Shown piece by piece: positions 8,991-18,814 of a stretch of 64,000 bases of DNA. This stretch comes from a virus. The stretch is from IMG/VR virus record IMGVR_UViG_3300022200_000031, positions 1 to 64,000 of that record, one strand, 5' to 3'. The translations under genes and the position numbers were made by a program. The first letter of the stretch is position 1. Each line of letters opens with the position of its first letter. The notes below the pieces were generated by a model. The model ran no database searches, had not been told where the DNA came from, and worked only from the letters and a program-made list of their open reading frames with translations.

Positions 8991-11279
8991 ATGAACGGGA
9001 TAACTGTCACTAAGCGTGATGGCCGCACTGAGCCATTCCAGCTCGATAAGATTCATAGAGTACTCTATTGGGCCACAGAAAATATCAACAATGTCTCAAT
9101 CTCAGAGATCGAACTCAAATCCAATATTCAGCTTTTTGACGGTATCCAAGGTGAACAGATTCACGAACTGTTGATCAAGTCCGCCGCCGATCTCATCTCC
9201 GAACATACTCCTAACTACCAGCATGTGGCTGCTCGTCTGGTCAACTATAAGATCCGTAAGGAAGTGTATGGTCAGCATGAGCCATGGCATCTAACCGACC
9301 TGATCAAAAAGAATGTAGAGCGTGGTGTGTATGACCCTGCTATTCTTGAATACTACACAGAAGAAGAGTTAGATGTACTCAACTCCCATATTAAGCACGA
9401 CCGTGATGATACATTCACCTATGTTGGTATGGAGCAGTTCCGTGGTAAGTATCTTGTTCAGAATCGCCTAAGCAAGCAGCTGTATGAAACTCCACAGATG
9501 CTGTTCATGATGGTAGCAGCAACTCTGTTCTCTCAGTATGACAAGGAAGAACGCCTCAAGTGGGTAAAGGACTTTTATGACGCTGTATCTAATTTCTACA
9601 TTTCTCTACCTACTCCTATTATGGCAGGCGTACGAACTCCTACGCGTCAGTTCAGCAGCTGCGTCCTCATTGAGTCAGGAGACTCACTCGATTCCATCAA
9701 CGCAACTGCAACGTCAATTGTTCGCTATATTTCTCGCAAGGCTGGCGTTGGTATTAGCGCTGGTGCTATTCGTGCAATCGATAGTCCAATTGGTGATGGT
9801 TCTGTTGTACACACAGGCCTAATCCCATTCCTAAAGTATTTCCAGTCAGCAGTTAAGTCTTGCTCGCAGGGTGGCGTTCGTGGTGGCGCCGCAACAATCT
9901 ACCTTCCTGCCTGGCATCTTGAATTTGAAGAATTAGTCGTGCTCAAGAATAATAAGGGCACCGATGAAACACGTATCCGCAATATGGATTACTGTTTCCA
10001 ATTTAATAAGGTACTGTATGAGCGACTGCTCAGCGGTGGTAACATCACTCTATTCTCTCCGAATGATGTTCCTGGACTTTATGATGCGTTTTACTCTGAC
10101 CAGGACGAATTCCGTCGCCTGTATGAGAAGTATGAGCGTAAGACCTCCATTCGTAAGAAGGTGATCCCAGCCATTGATCTGTTTACACAGTTTATTACTG
10201 AGCGTAAGGATACTGGCCGAATCTACCTACAGAATGTTGACCATGCAAATGAGCATGGTGCTTTTGATCCGAAGGTTGCTCCTATCCATCAGTCTAACCT
10301 CTGTTGTGAAATTGATCTACCAACCAAACCACTGAATGCATATGATGATCCAGAAGGTGAGATCTCATTGTGTACTCTTTCTGCAATCAACTGGGGACTT
10401 ATCAATGATCCAAGCGAATTTGAAAAATACTGCACACTTGCCGTACGTGCTCTCGACGCCCTACTCGATTACCAAGACTACCCTGTCGTGGCAGCAAAAC
10501 GGTCAACAGAGAACCGTCGTCCTCTCGGAGTTGGAATCATCAACCTTGCATACTTTTTGGCCAAGCGAGGACTTGCATACAATGAGCAAGCGCTTCCAGT
10601 TGTGGATGAATACGCCGAAGCGTGGTCCTATTACCTTATAAAGGCCTCAGCAGATCTTGCTCTCGAGAAGGGTGCATGTCTGAAGTCTGATGAGACCAAA
10701 TATGGTTTGGGCATCACTCCTAATATGACCTACAAGAAGGAAGTGGATGAATTGGTTCCACCAGCCAATCGTATGGACTGGACCTCTCTGCGCAACCAGA
10801 TGAACTTCTCTGGTATCCGTAACTCTACTCTGATGGCTCTGATGCCAGCAGAAACTTCTGCACAGATTTCCAATAGTACAAATGGTATTGAACCACCTCG
10901 TGCGTTAGTATCATACAAACAGTCTAAGGATGGTGTGATGGCACAGATTGTTCCTGGCTATCATCATCTGAAGAACAAGTATGATCTTCTATGGGATCAG
11001 AAGACCCCAGAAGGCTATCTAAAGATCTGTGCTGTACTACAGAAGTATATCGATCAGGGTATTTCCGTCAACACCTCTTACAATCCTGAGTTCTTTGAGG
11101 AAGGCAAAGTTCCTATGTCTCAGATGATTAAGGATATTGTGACCTTCTATAAGTACGGTGGCAAACAGCTGTATTACAACAACACCTATGATGGTGCTGG
11201 TGAATACAAAGAAGAAGATGATCCAATTATGCAAGCTGCTGAAGATGACGATAGTCATTGTGATAGCTGCACCATATAA
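8991..11279 (+). CDS. nrdA: ribonucleotide reductase class Ia alpha subunit
   Basis: ATP-cone VTKRDG, PTPIMAG, FSSC, SNLCCEI, LMPAETS, YY pair, C-terminal CDSC. Confidence 0.98.
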   Translation: MNGITVTKRDGRTEPFQLDKIHRVLYWATENINNVSISEIELKSNIQLFDGIQGEQIHELLIKSAADLISEHTPNYQHVAARLVNYKIRKEVYGQHEPWHLTDLIKKNVERGVYDPAILEYYTEEELDVLNSHIKHDRDDTFTYVGMEQFRGKYLVQNRLSKQLYETPQMLFMMVAATLFSQYDKEERLKWVKDFYDAVSNFYISLPTPIMAGVRTPTRQFSSCVLIESGDSLDSINATATSIVRYISRKAGVGISAGAIRAIDSPIGDGSVVHTGLIPFLKYFQSAVKSCSQGGVRGGAATIYLPAWHLEFEELVVLKNNKGTDETRIRNMDYCFQFNKVLYERLLSGGNITLFSPNDVPGLYDAFYSDQDEFRRLYEKYERKTSIRKKVIPAIDLFTQFITERKDTGRIYLQNVDHANEHGAFDPKVAPIHQSNLCCEIDLPTKPLNAYDDPEGEISLCTLSAINWGLINDPSEFEKYCTLAVRALDALLDYQDYPVVAAKRSTENRRPLGVGIINLAYFLAKRGLAYNEQALPVVDEYAEAWSYYLIKASADLALEKGACLKSDETKYGLGITPNMTYKKEVDELVPPANRMDWTSLRNQMNFSGIRNSTLMALMPAETSAQISNSTNGIEPPRALVSYKQSKDGVMAQIVPGYHHLKNKYDLLWDQKTPEGYLKICAVLQKYIDQGISVNTSYNPEFFEEGKVPMSQMIKDIVTFYKYGGKQLYYNNTYDGAGEYKEEDDPIMQAAEDDDSHCDSCTI

Positions 11280-11315
11280 TGTAGTGTAAAATATGGTGTG
11301 TAAGATTTAAAATAA

Positions 11316-11323
11316 TATAAATA
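11316..11323 (+). promoter_or_regulatory. late promoter for HNH endonuclease
   Basis: TATAAATA followed by AGGAG RBS. Confidence 0.75.
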
Positions 11324-11342
11324 GTCCATATAGGAGAATCAT

Positions 11343-11972
11343 ATGGACTATTTTAAACACTATAATCTATTAATTGAAAGAGCTAGAACCAGACAATTGA
11401 ATTGTTATGTGGAAACGCATCATATCATGCCCAAGTGTATGGGTGGGACCAATGATAGTGACAACTTGGTTGATCTCACCCCTGAGGAACATTATGTTGC
11501 GCATCAACTTCTTGCTAAGATGTACCCTAATCAAACAAAATTGAGTTATGCTGCAGCATGTATGGGATCTATTAGAGCCAATAACAAGTTGTATGGTTGG
11601 TTGAGAATTAGAATTTCAGATAACATGAAACAAAACAACCCAAATGCTGGTGGTGAAGCTAGGAGACGTTATAGTAGTAAATATGGAGCTCCAAACAAGG
11701 GCTATGTGCACACAGCTGCAACCAAGAAACTCCTCAGTGAACAGAGAATGGGGTCCAAGAATCCCAACGTTAGTGGACAAGCTAGGAAAACAACAACTTA
11801 CTTAGTGTCGGTGGCCACTGGAGATGTTATGGTTTATGATAGTTTAAAAGAAGCAGAGCGTGTAGTAGGCGCAAATCACGCTAGCGTGTGGAATAATAGA
11901 AAGATGGGAAAGCCCTATAAGGGTTACTATTGGTACGTTGGTAGTGAGTATAATCCGGATGGAGAATTATAA
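11343..11972 (+). mobile_element. mobE: free-standing HNH homing endonuclease, MobE-like, with NUMOD-type C-terminus
   Basis: ETHHIMPKCMGG..NLVDLTPEEHYVAH; located between nrdA and nrdB as T4 mobE is. Confidence 0.85.
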
Positions 11973-12481
11973 TGAGAAAATTATTTTTTATTTCACGCGA
12001 CAAAGAGTTGGCAATGATTCAGAAGTTGGCGTACGAAATTGATCGTACAGAAATCCATCCGGATCATACCTGCCTGTTGATGGTGTCACCCGACTACTCT
12101 GCAATTGCTGCTCAGATTCTGGCACACGAGCTGACCAAGGATCGTGATATGCTACACATCGAAGCGGTGCATGTACCATTCCCCGATGAAGATGATCGTT
12201 CATTCCTTGAGCGTTTTAGACGTGAATTCAGCACATATGGTAAAGAATTTAAAAACTTTGTACTTGTTGAAGCTGGAATCATTCGGGGGTATAATTGGCA
12301 GATGATCGTTGATGTTATGAGACAGCAAGGTGTCATGCCGGGTAACATCACTACTGTTGCTGTTTTTGAAAATGTTCATTCCATATATAAGTCAACATAT
12401 GTGGGTGAATACTATGATAATGAGACCCACGATCTGACGTATTGGTGGGAACGTCCTAATAAACATTGGGACAATTATTGA
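11972..12481 (+). CDS. phosphoribosyltransferase-fold hypothetical protein
   Basis: FVLVEAGIIRG resembles a degenerate PRPP-binding loop. Confidence 0.5.
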   Translation: MRKLFFISRDKELAMIQKLAYEIDRTEIHPDHTCLLMVSPDYSAIAAQILAHELTKDRDMLHIEAVHVPFPDEDDRSFLERFRREFSTYGKEFKNFVLVEAGIIRGYNWQMIVDVMRQQGVMPGNITTVAVFENVHSIYKSTYVGEYYDNETHDLTYWWERPNKHWDNY

Positions 12482-12490
12482 GGTTAAATA

Positions 12491-13630
12491 ATGTCTGTTT
12501 TTAAGCGTAAGGAAAAAAGCCATCTAGAATCAAAGATGTTCTTTGATGGTAGTGTTGATATCGCTCGGTATGATCATGTCAAGTATCCCAATCTGGATAA
12601 GTTGACTGATAAGATGCTTGGTTTCTTCTGGCGACCGGAAGAGATTGATATTGGTAAGGATAAGACCGACTTCTCCCGGTTGATGCCACATGAGCAGCAT
12701 ATCTTCACATCAAACCTTAAGCGTCAGATTCTGTTAGACTCTGTGCAGGGTAGAGCGCCTACAGAAGCGTTTCTACCCGCTGTATCCCTTCCAGAGCTTG
12801 AGCCACTGGTACAGACATGGGCGTTCATGGAAACGATTCATAGCCGCTCATACACGCATATCATCCGTAATATCTACGCAGATCCCTCTAAGGTGTTTGA
12901 TGATCTCATGAACATTGAAGAGATTGTTAACTGCGCAAAAGACATTAGTAAGTATTATGATGACTTCATTGAGTACAACAAGTACTATGATCTATTGGGT
13001 GAGGGACGCTTCCGCACAACAGATAAGGTGTCACAAGAGAAGCAGTATGTCACCATCGACAAGTATGAGTTGAAGAAGAAACTATGGCTTGCATTGAATA
13101 GCGTTAATGTGCTTGAGGGTGTTCGCTTCTATGTTTCATTTGCGTGCTCATGGGCATTTGCAGAATTGAAGAAGATGGAAGGTAATGCTAAGATCATTAA
13201 GTTCATTGCACGTGATGAGAATGTGCACTTAGCAATTACTCAGACTATCCTCAAAGCACTACCTAAAGATGATCCTGAGTTTGCAGAGATTGCAGAAGAG
13301 TGCCGTGATCAGGTAACAGAAATGTTTGTAGATGCTATCGATCAGGAGAAGAAGTGGGCAGATTACCTGTTTGCGGATGGATCCATGATTGGTCTTAATG
13401 CTAGACTACTGCACGACTACATAGAATGGATTGGAGCAAAGCGTATGAAGACATTAGGTTATACAGCGCCGTTCCACACATCACAAGCAAATCCACTACC
13501 ATGGACCGAACGATGGATTGGAGGGGGCAATGTTCAGGTTGCGCCTCAGGAGACAGAGATCAGTTCGTATGTTATTGGTGGTGTGAAACAAGACGTAAAC
13601 GAAGAAACATTTAAGGGGTTATCACTGTGA
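12491..13630 (+). CDS. nrdB: ribonucleotide reductase class Ia beta subunit
   Basis: FFWRPEE, ETIHSRSY, LEGVRFYVSF, RDENVH, APQETEISSY. Confidence 0.98.
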   Translation: MSVFKRKEKSHLESKMFFDGSVDIARYDHVKYPNLDKLTDKMLGFFWRPEEIDIGKDKTDFSRLMPHEQHIFTSNLKRQILLDSVQGRAPTEAFLPAVSLPELEPLVQTWAFMETIHSRSYTHIIRNIYADPSKVFDDLMNIEEIVNCAKDISKYYDDFIEYNKYYDLLGEGRFRTTDKVSQEKQYVTIDKYELKKKLWLALNSVNVLEGVRFYVSFACSWAFAELKKMEGNAKIIKFIARDENVHLAITQTILKALPKDDPEFAEIAEECRDQVTEMFVDAIDQEKKWADYLFADGSMIGLNARLLHDYIEWIGAKRMKTLGYTAPFHTSQANPLPWTERWIGGGNVQVAPQETEISSYVIGGVKQDVNEETFKGLSL

Positions 13631-13893
13631 TCGTAATCTATTCAAAAGACAACTGTCCTTTCTGCGAGAAGGCAAAGGCTCTCTGTGAGATGAAAGGATA
13701 TGAATATAAAACTAATAAGGTTGGTGTGGATGTGCAAATGGATGAATTCCAGGAGCTGTTCCCTACTGCACGTTCCGTACCACAGATTGTTTTCATGAAC
13801 CCAACCTGCGATGAAACAATTCATATTGGTGGATACACTGACCTAGAAGAGTGGAGCTCTGCGCGCGAAGCGTTGAAGGGTGTGACACTATGA
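13627..13893 (+). CDS. nrdC: glutaredoxin
   Basis: CPFC, SVPQI, IGGY. Confidence 0.93.
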   Translation: MIVIYSKDNCPFCEKAKALCEMKGYEYKTNKVGVDVQMDEFQELFPTARSVPQIVFMNPTCDETIHIGGYTDLEEWSSAREALKGVTL

Positions 13894-14015
13894 GTGAGTG
13901 TACAGCATGTGGCGTAGAATTCTCAGTTCGCTTCGAAGAGCCATCTTTAGAAGTGCGATATTGCCCACTCTGCGGCGAAGAACAAATAGAAGAGCTCGAT
14001 TTCGACGAAGAATAA
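13890..14015 (+). CDS. 41-aa zinc-ribbon protein (not in ORF track)
   Basis: MSECTACGVEF...YCPLCGEEQIEELDFDEE; ATGA overlap with glutaredoxin stop. Confidence 0.7.
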   Translation: MSECTACGVEFSVRFEEPSLEVRYCPLCGEEQIEELDFDEE

Positions 14016-14047
14016 ATAATTCCCAGACAACAACTGGGAATTATAAA

Positions 14048-14482
14048 ATGTGGTTATACAATGATAAAGAGTTTGATCCTGTTGACCTTGATCCAAAAGT
14101 ATGGTATGGTTTCGTATATCTGATTGAGAATAATGAGACGGGGAAAAAGTACATTGGCAAAAAGTTCTTCTGGGCAAAAAAGACGTACCAAAAGCTGGGT
14201 AAGAAAAGGCGTAAACTGGTTGAAAGTGACTGGAAGACCTATTATGGATCTTCGCCGAGACTTACTGAGGAAGTCCACAACCTGGGTACTGACAAATATA
14301 CCAGACACATACTCCATCTATGTCACACTAAAGCAGAATGCGCGTATATGGAGACTTACGAGCAGTTTGTTAGAGGTGCTATTGTACGCGACGATTATTA
14401 TAACGATTGGATTTCTTGTAAGATTACTGCTCGGCATGTAGATAAAATAAAAGATAGGTTACCACATAATGATGATACTTGA
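14048..14482 (+). CDS. denA: GIY-YIG endonuclease II-like
   Basis: GFVYLI..KKYIGKK, YYGSS, YYNDWI; probable start MWLYN at 14048. Confidence 0.8.
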   Translation: MWLYNDKEFDPVDLDPKVWYGFVYLIENNETGKKYIGKKFFWAKKTYQKLGKKRRKLVESDWKTYYGSSPRLTEEVHNLGTDKYTRHILHLCHTKAECAYMETYEQFVRGAIVRDDYYNDWISCKITARHVDKIKDRLPHNDDT

Positions 14483-15320
14483 TTGGAATGGACTAACGGT
14501 TGGTACAATTGTATCACAGAAGCTAGATTTGGATGAAGACATGATCCGTCATGTCGTATTGAATCAACTTAGAATGTACAACCACAAGTTCCGTAATGAA
14601 TACGGACAGATGGTTATTGCTTGCGAAGGTCGTTCCTGGCGCAAGAATGTATTCCCAAACTATAAAGCATCCCGTAAGAAGACACGAGATGATAATGCAG
14701 ATCATTGGGAAGAAGTGTTTCGTATTATTAATATGATCCGCGAGGAAATTGAAAACAACCTACCATACAAAGTGGTTCAGGTGGATGATGCAGAGGCAGA
14801 TGATATCATCGGTACTCTCGTTGAGATGACTCAGGAATTTGGTAAGCATGAGCCCGTGATGATTATCTCTAATGACAAGGACTTCCTCCAACTTCAGAAG
14901 TACTCCAATGTCAGACAATTCTCTCCAATGAAGAAGAAACTAATCGAGGAAAAGAACCCTCATCTGTTCCTACAGGAGCATATCATTAAGGGGGACTCGG
15001 GAGATGGTATTCCTAATATCCTATCTTCCGATGATGTGTTTATTACTGATGGGGAGCGCCAGACTCCTGTGCGCCAGAAGTTTGTTGATGAGGTTATTGC
15101 TGACCTCGATGATGGTGAGTTGTTGTATGCTGCCTCATGGTATCGTAATTATCAACGAAACAAACAATTGATCGACCTATCAGAAACTCCTGATGCCATC
15201 AAACAAAATATTATAAATACTTACAATGAAACTAAGGTCGCTCATAGATCAAAACTATTGAATTATTTAATCGCAAAACGCTGCAAGTTATTAATCGAGT
15301 CAATCGAGGAGTTCTACTAA
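14469..15320 (+). CDS. rnh: T4-type RNase H / 5'-3' exonuclease
   Basis: YKASR, EADDIIG, SNDKDFLQL, GDSGDGIPN. Confidence 0.93.
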   Translation: MMILDWNGLTVGTIVSQKLDLDEDMIRHVVLNQLRMYNHKFRNEYGQMVIACEGRSWRKNVFPNYKASRKKTRDDNADHWEEVFRIINMIREEIENNLPYKVVQVDDAEADDIIGTLVEMTQEFGKHEPVMIISNDKDFLQLQKYSNVRQFSPMKKKLIEEKNPHLFLQEHIIKGDSGDGIPNILSSDDVFITDGERQTPVRQKFVDEVIADLDDGELLYAASWYRNYQRNKQLIDLSETPDAIKQNIINTYNETKVAHRSKLLNYLIAKRCKLLIESIEEFY

Positions 15321-15321
15321 T

Positions 15322-15753
15322 ATGGGATTGATGGTACATGAGGTACTAGAGAAGGCTGCTGAGGCAGCTTCCCGCAAGGATAAGATTGCTGTGCTGCAGC
15401 GATACAATACACTTGCGTTGCGCGATATCTTGAAGGGATCATTTGATGATTCTATTCAATTCATCTTACCACCAGGAAAGCCTCCATACAGAGAAGATGA
15501 TGCACCAGCAGGGTATACAACTTCTTCTCTTCACAACCAGACCAAGAAGTTCCGTTACTTCATTAAGGGTGGTCCTGGTGAGAACCTACCTCCACACAAA
15601 CGGGAGCGTATGTTCATTGAGATCCTCGAGAGCGTTCATAAGAAGGAAGCTGAACTCGTTCTCATGATGAAGGATAAAAAGCTGGCTGGCGTGTACAAGG
15701 GGATAACTAAAAAGCTCGTCCAAGAAGTCTGGCCGAGATTGATTATTTCCTAA
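15322..15753 (+). CDS. conserved T4-like hypothetical protein (DUF6433-like)
   Basis: LPPGKPPY, KRERMFIEILESVH..EAE, KDK motifs; late promoter at 15212-15219. Confidence 0.7.
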   Translation: MGLMVHEVLEKAAEAASRKDKIAVLQRYNTLALRDILKGSFDDSIQFILPPGKPPYREDDAPAGYTTSSLHNQTKKFRYFIKGGPGENLPPHKRERMFIEILESVHKKEAELVLMMKDKKLAGVYKGITKKLVQEVWPRLIIS

Positions 15754-15810
15754 ATAAAGGCATGTATAGATACTTGTCCTCTCAAACACAATCTATCAAA
15801 TCTCTTTCCT

Positions 15811-15845
15811 AACCAGACCACGCTTGCGTGCGCTCTGGTTTTTTT
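15811..15845 (+). terminator. rho-independent terminator
   Basis: AACCAGA-CCACGC-TT-GCGTG-CGC-TCTGGTT followed by a T run. Confidence 0.7.
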
Positions 15846-15920
15846 ATGTCCCACTATAATAAGGAGGTGCCGTTGAAGAAAATAAATCGTCCTCAACTAA
15901 TATTAAAGGGAGATCAAGAG

Positions 15921-16100
15921 ATGACCATGAGTCAGTTAGAACGACTAAAAAAAGACGAGCGCGAATTGGGTCACTACCTAAAAAGACTTCAGAAAAAAGG
16001 TAAGACACGGATTGCGCGAACGATTCAGAAAAAGAAAGAGTTTCTAGCATCTAGAATTCAAGAGGTAGAGGAGATTTATATACAACGAACGGCAGCATAA
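15921..16100 (+). CDS. small basic hypothetical protein
   Basis: GGGAG RBS; QLERLKKD...LQKKGK. Confidence 0.6.
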   Translation: MTMSQLERLKKDERELGHYLKRLQKKGKTRIARTIQKKKEFLASRIQEVEEIYIQRTAA

Positions 16101-16106
16101 ATAAAG

Positions 16107-16135
16107 TTGACTTTGAGGTGAAGTTGTATTATAAT
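16107..16135 (+). promoter_or_regulatory. sigma70 promoter
   Basis: TTGACT-17 nt-TATAAT. Confidence 0.75.
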
Positions 16136-16160
16136 AAGCGAAATTAACACTGGATAGAAT

Positions 16161-16415
16161 ATGCCACTATACAATTACAAATGCACTAAGTGCGATCATA
16201 CTTTCGAGCAAGTACATAAGATGGATGATCGCAAGATCCCAGAAAACGAACCATGCCCCGCTTGCGGGGCAGAAGGTTCTATCCGCCAACAAATAGGAAC
16301 TCCTGGCTTTATATCAGATTCAAAGAGTCCTCTAACCAGAGCAGGTTCTGGATGGAAGGATGTTCTGAAGAGAGTTAAATCAGGTTCAGGAAGAGTTAAC
16401 TCAATCCATGACTAA
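16161..16415 (+). CDS. FmdB-family zinc-ribbon protein
   Basis: MPLYNYKCTKCDHTFE...CPACG. Confidence 0.85.
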   Translation: MPLYNYKCTKCDHTFEQVHKMDDRKIPENEPCPACGAEGSIRQQIGTPGFISDSKSPLTRAGSGWKDVLKRVKSGSGRVNSIHD

Positions 16416-17082
16416 AAGATTACGCCTTGATGACCTGCGGGTCATTGAACCGATCACTGCCTCCCAAGAAGAGGTATTCAAATCCTGGGAATCGGGAAAC
16501 AATCTAATACTAAGTGGTTCTGCTGGTTCAGGTAAGACATTCTTGGCAATGTCCCTGGCACTAGAGGATGCAATGAAAAGTGACACACCGATTGAGAATG
16601 TCACTATTGTTAGATCAGCAGTCCCCACTCGCGATGTTGGATTTTTACCAGGAACCATGGAAGAGAAGGAAGCGGCCTACCTTGCTCCGTACATTGCAAT
16701 CACAACCGAGTTGTTTGAAGATAAGGAAGCGTGGCAGAAGCTGTGTGCGCAGGGGATGGTTGACTTCCTCACTACCTCATACATCAGAGGTATTACAATC
16801 CAGGATAGTGTGGTTATCATTGATGAGATGCAGAACCTCACATTCCATGAATTAGATTCGGTCATCACACGATTGGGTAACAATTGCAGACTCATATTGT
16901 GTGGTGACTATTACCAGTCCGACTTCCATAAGGATGGGGACAAGAAGGGGATTCTAAAGTTCATTAACATTATAGAATCCATGAAGCGGTTCGACCATGT
17001 AGAGTTTACATGGGAGGACATTGTAAGATCAGGTCTCGTACGAGACTATATTATGACAAAGGAAATGATGAGAAATGGCTAA
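16408..17082 (+). CDS. phoH: PhoH-family ATPase
   Basis: GSAGSGKT, GFLPG, RG.T, IIDEMQN, GDYYQSD, DIVRSG. Confidence 0.95.
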   Translation: MTKRLRLDDLRVIEPITASQEEVFKSWESGNNLILSGSAGSGKTFLAMSLALEDAMKSDTPIENVTIVRSAVPTRDVGFLPGTMEEKEAAYLAPYIAITTELFEDKEAWQKLCAQGMVDFLTTSYIRGITIQDSVVIIDEMQNLTFHELDSVITRLGNNCRLILCGDYYQSDFHKDGDKKGILKFINIIESMKRFDHVEFTWEDIVRSGLVRDYIMTKEMMRNG

Positions 17083-17224
17083 GTACACTCGTTTTGATCC
17101 CAAGAACAAAAGAGCGCGCAAGGACAAATTCAAATCACAAAACTTGGGTAAGAAGATGCATGATCCTTCCACAAGGAAGCGATCAAGAGATTGGGTTGAT
17201 TATGATGCAGAGAAGGATGTTTGA
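17075..17224 (+). CDS. 49-aa basic protein (not in ORF track)
   Basis: MAKYTRFDPKNKRARKDK...; overlaps phoH stop and exonuclease start. Confidence 0.55.
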   Translation: MAKYTRFDPKNKRARKDKFKSQNLGKKMHDPSTRKRSRDWVDYDAEKDV

Positions 17225-17882
17225 GCATGTTGATGTTGATTTAGGTTATAACGATCTATCAGCTAAGACAACCGAACAGGGTAGGCGGTATGTAACGCCA
17301 GAGGGAAACAAGTATCCCTCCGTCACAACTGTTGTTTCAATCCTCACCGAACACCATATCCGTGAATGGCGGAATCGTGTTGGTGAGGAAGAAGCTAACC
17401 GTATATCCAGACATGCAAGTGCCAGAGGCACAAAAGTTCATGATGTACTTGAGAGGTATTTAAAAAATGATGAAGACTATTTGGATAAATGCAATCCGGT
17501 TGTTGTTTCTAATGTTAACTCTGTTGTACCTGTTCTCAATGAACATATAGGGAAGGTGTATGCACAGGAATTTGCTTTATACTCTGATCATCTTGGCCTT
17601 GCTGGCCGCGTGGACTGCATTGCAGAATGGGATGGTCGGCTGGCAGTAATTGACTTCAAGACTGCCAAGAAACATAAGAAGAAGGAATGGATTGAAAACT
17701 ACTTCATCCAGGAATCTGCTTATGCAATCATGTGGGAGGAACGAACGGGGGTACCTATCGTTGATCTCGTGACTGTGATTGCTGTTGATTATGATGAGCC
17801 CCAGGTGTTTATTGAACACAGGGACAATTGGGCTCCTAAATTAATTGAGACAATAAATGAATACAAACAACGAAAAGGCTAA
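17217..17882 (+). CDS. PD-(D/E)xK exonuclease (Cas4/lambda-exo-like)
   Basis: YPSVTT, RGTKVH, AGRVDC, IDFKT, Q..AY; probable start MFEHV. Confidence 0.88.
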   Translation: MFEHVDVDLGYNDLSAKTTEQGRRYVTPEGNKYPSVTTVVSILTEHHIREWRNRVGEEEANRISRHASARGTKVHDVLERYLKNDEDYLDKCNPVVVSNVNSVVPVLNEHIGKVYAQEFALYSDHLGLAGRVDCIAEWDGRLAVIDFKTAKKHKKKEWIENYFIQESAYAIMWEERTGVPIVDLVTVIAVDYDEPQVFIEHRDNWAPKLIETINEYKQRKG

Positions 17883-18021
17883 AGAAGCCTGGGATAATAT
17901 AAACTCTTGCTGCCAGACATTATGTCATAAGGATCCAGTGATTGACTATATTAAATATCTTGAACAACGAATTGAGGAGCTTGAAAATGGATCTACTGTC
18001 AGAACTGAACAAACAGGGTAA
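17857..18021 (+). CDS. 54-aa hypothetical protein (not in ORF track)
   Basis: MNTNNEKAKEAWDNINSCCQTLC..YIKYLEQRIEELE fills the gap between exonuclease and clpP. Confidence 0.45.
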   Translation: MNTNNEKAKEAWDNINSCCQTLCHKDPVIDYIKYLEQRIEELENGSTVRTEQTG

Positions 18022-18565
18022 TAACTATTACGCCAATCGTCCTCTGGGCAACCTTCATGAGTTTTATCTTACTGGAGATATCAAAGAAGCGGAACACTAC
18101 ACAGAGTGGTTTGATCATATTCGCCGAGCACAACAAACAGATATTGTAAAAGTTTATATTAATTCATTCGGCGGAGATCTATTCACTGCAATCCAGTTTA
18201 TGCGAGTAATGGGTGAATCTCAAGCAACAGTAATTTGTTCTGTTGAGGGAGCTTGTATGTCCGCAGCGACAATGATATTCTTATGTGCTGATGCATTTGA
18301 AATATCAGAACATTCTATGTTTATGTTCCATAATTATTCTGGTGGGGCATTTGGTAAAGGTGGGGAAATGATCGACCAATTAAATCATGAAAGAGAATGG
18401 TCGGAAAAACTATTAACTGGTGTTTATGAAGATTTCTTAACTAAAAAAGAAATTGATTCTATTCTAGATAATAAAGATATTTGGATGGATGGAGATGAAG
18501 TAGTTAATCGTTTAGAGAAAAAAGCGAAAAAAGTAAAAAGGAGTAATAAAAATGGCGAAGGGTAA
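17987..18565 (+). CDS. clpP: ClpP-like serine protease
   Basis: INSFGG, CMSAAT (Ser), FMFH (His), DIWM. Confidence 0.85.
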   Translation: MDLLSELNKQGNNYYANRPLGNLHEFYLTGDIKEAEHYTEWFDHIRRAQQTDIVKVYINSFGGDLFTAIQFMRVMGESQATVICSVEGACMSAATMIFLCADAFEISEHSMFMFHNYSGGAFGKGGEMIDQLNHEREWSEKLLTGVYEDFLTKKEIDSILDNKDIWMDGDEVVNRLEKKAKKVKRSNKNGEG

Positions 18566-18701
18566 ATCAGGTTCAGGTATTGCATGGCATCCGGAAAAGC
18601 ATAAAAAAGTAACTTCTATTGGTAATTCTCGATTTACGAGATATAATTCCAAGAATCATAAGAAACTTGGTAAAAAGATGTATCGCGGTCAGGGCCGCTA
18701 A
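18552..18701 (+). CDS. 49-aa basic protein ending YRGQGR (not in ORF track)
   Basis: AGGAG RBS; C-terminal KMYRGQGR motif recalled from small myophage proteins. Confidence 0.65.
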   Translation: MAKGKSGSGIAWHPEKHKKVTSIGNSRFTRYNSKNHKKLGKKMYRGQGR

Positions 18702-18747
18702 CTCCTTGATTTTTGGTCCCCCCGAATCAGGGGGTTACCAAATTCTA

Positions 18748-18814
18748 TTCCCGATCGGGAAGATTTTCCGGATTTTTGATGGATTTCGGCTAGAATCTTC
18801 CCGATCGGGAAGAT
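18748..18814. repeat. two copies of palindrome TTCCCGATCGGGAA; the second extends to the perfect 20-mer ATCTTCCCGATCGGGAAGAT
   Basis: Read directly: 18748-18761 and 18795-18814, centres 50 bp apart. Confidence 0.9.

Noticed and set aside
8991-13630. Intron or intein in nrdA/nrdB
   Set aside because: Both ORFs are continuous and of normal length; the HNH gene is free-standing
13898-14047. N-terminal extension of the GIY-YIG ORF in the track
   Set aside because: Overlaps a better 41-aa zinc-ribbon ORF in another frame; recognisable sequence starts at MWLYN
17010-17216. N-terminal extension of the exonuclease
   Set aside because: Overlaps phoH and a separate 49-aa ORF; the domain starts at MFEH
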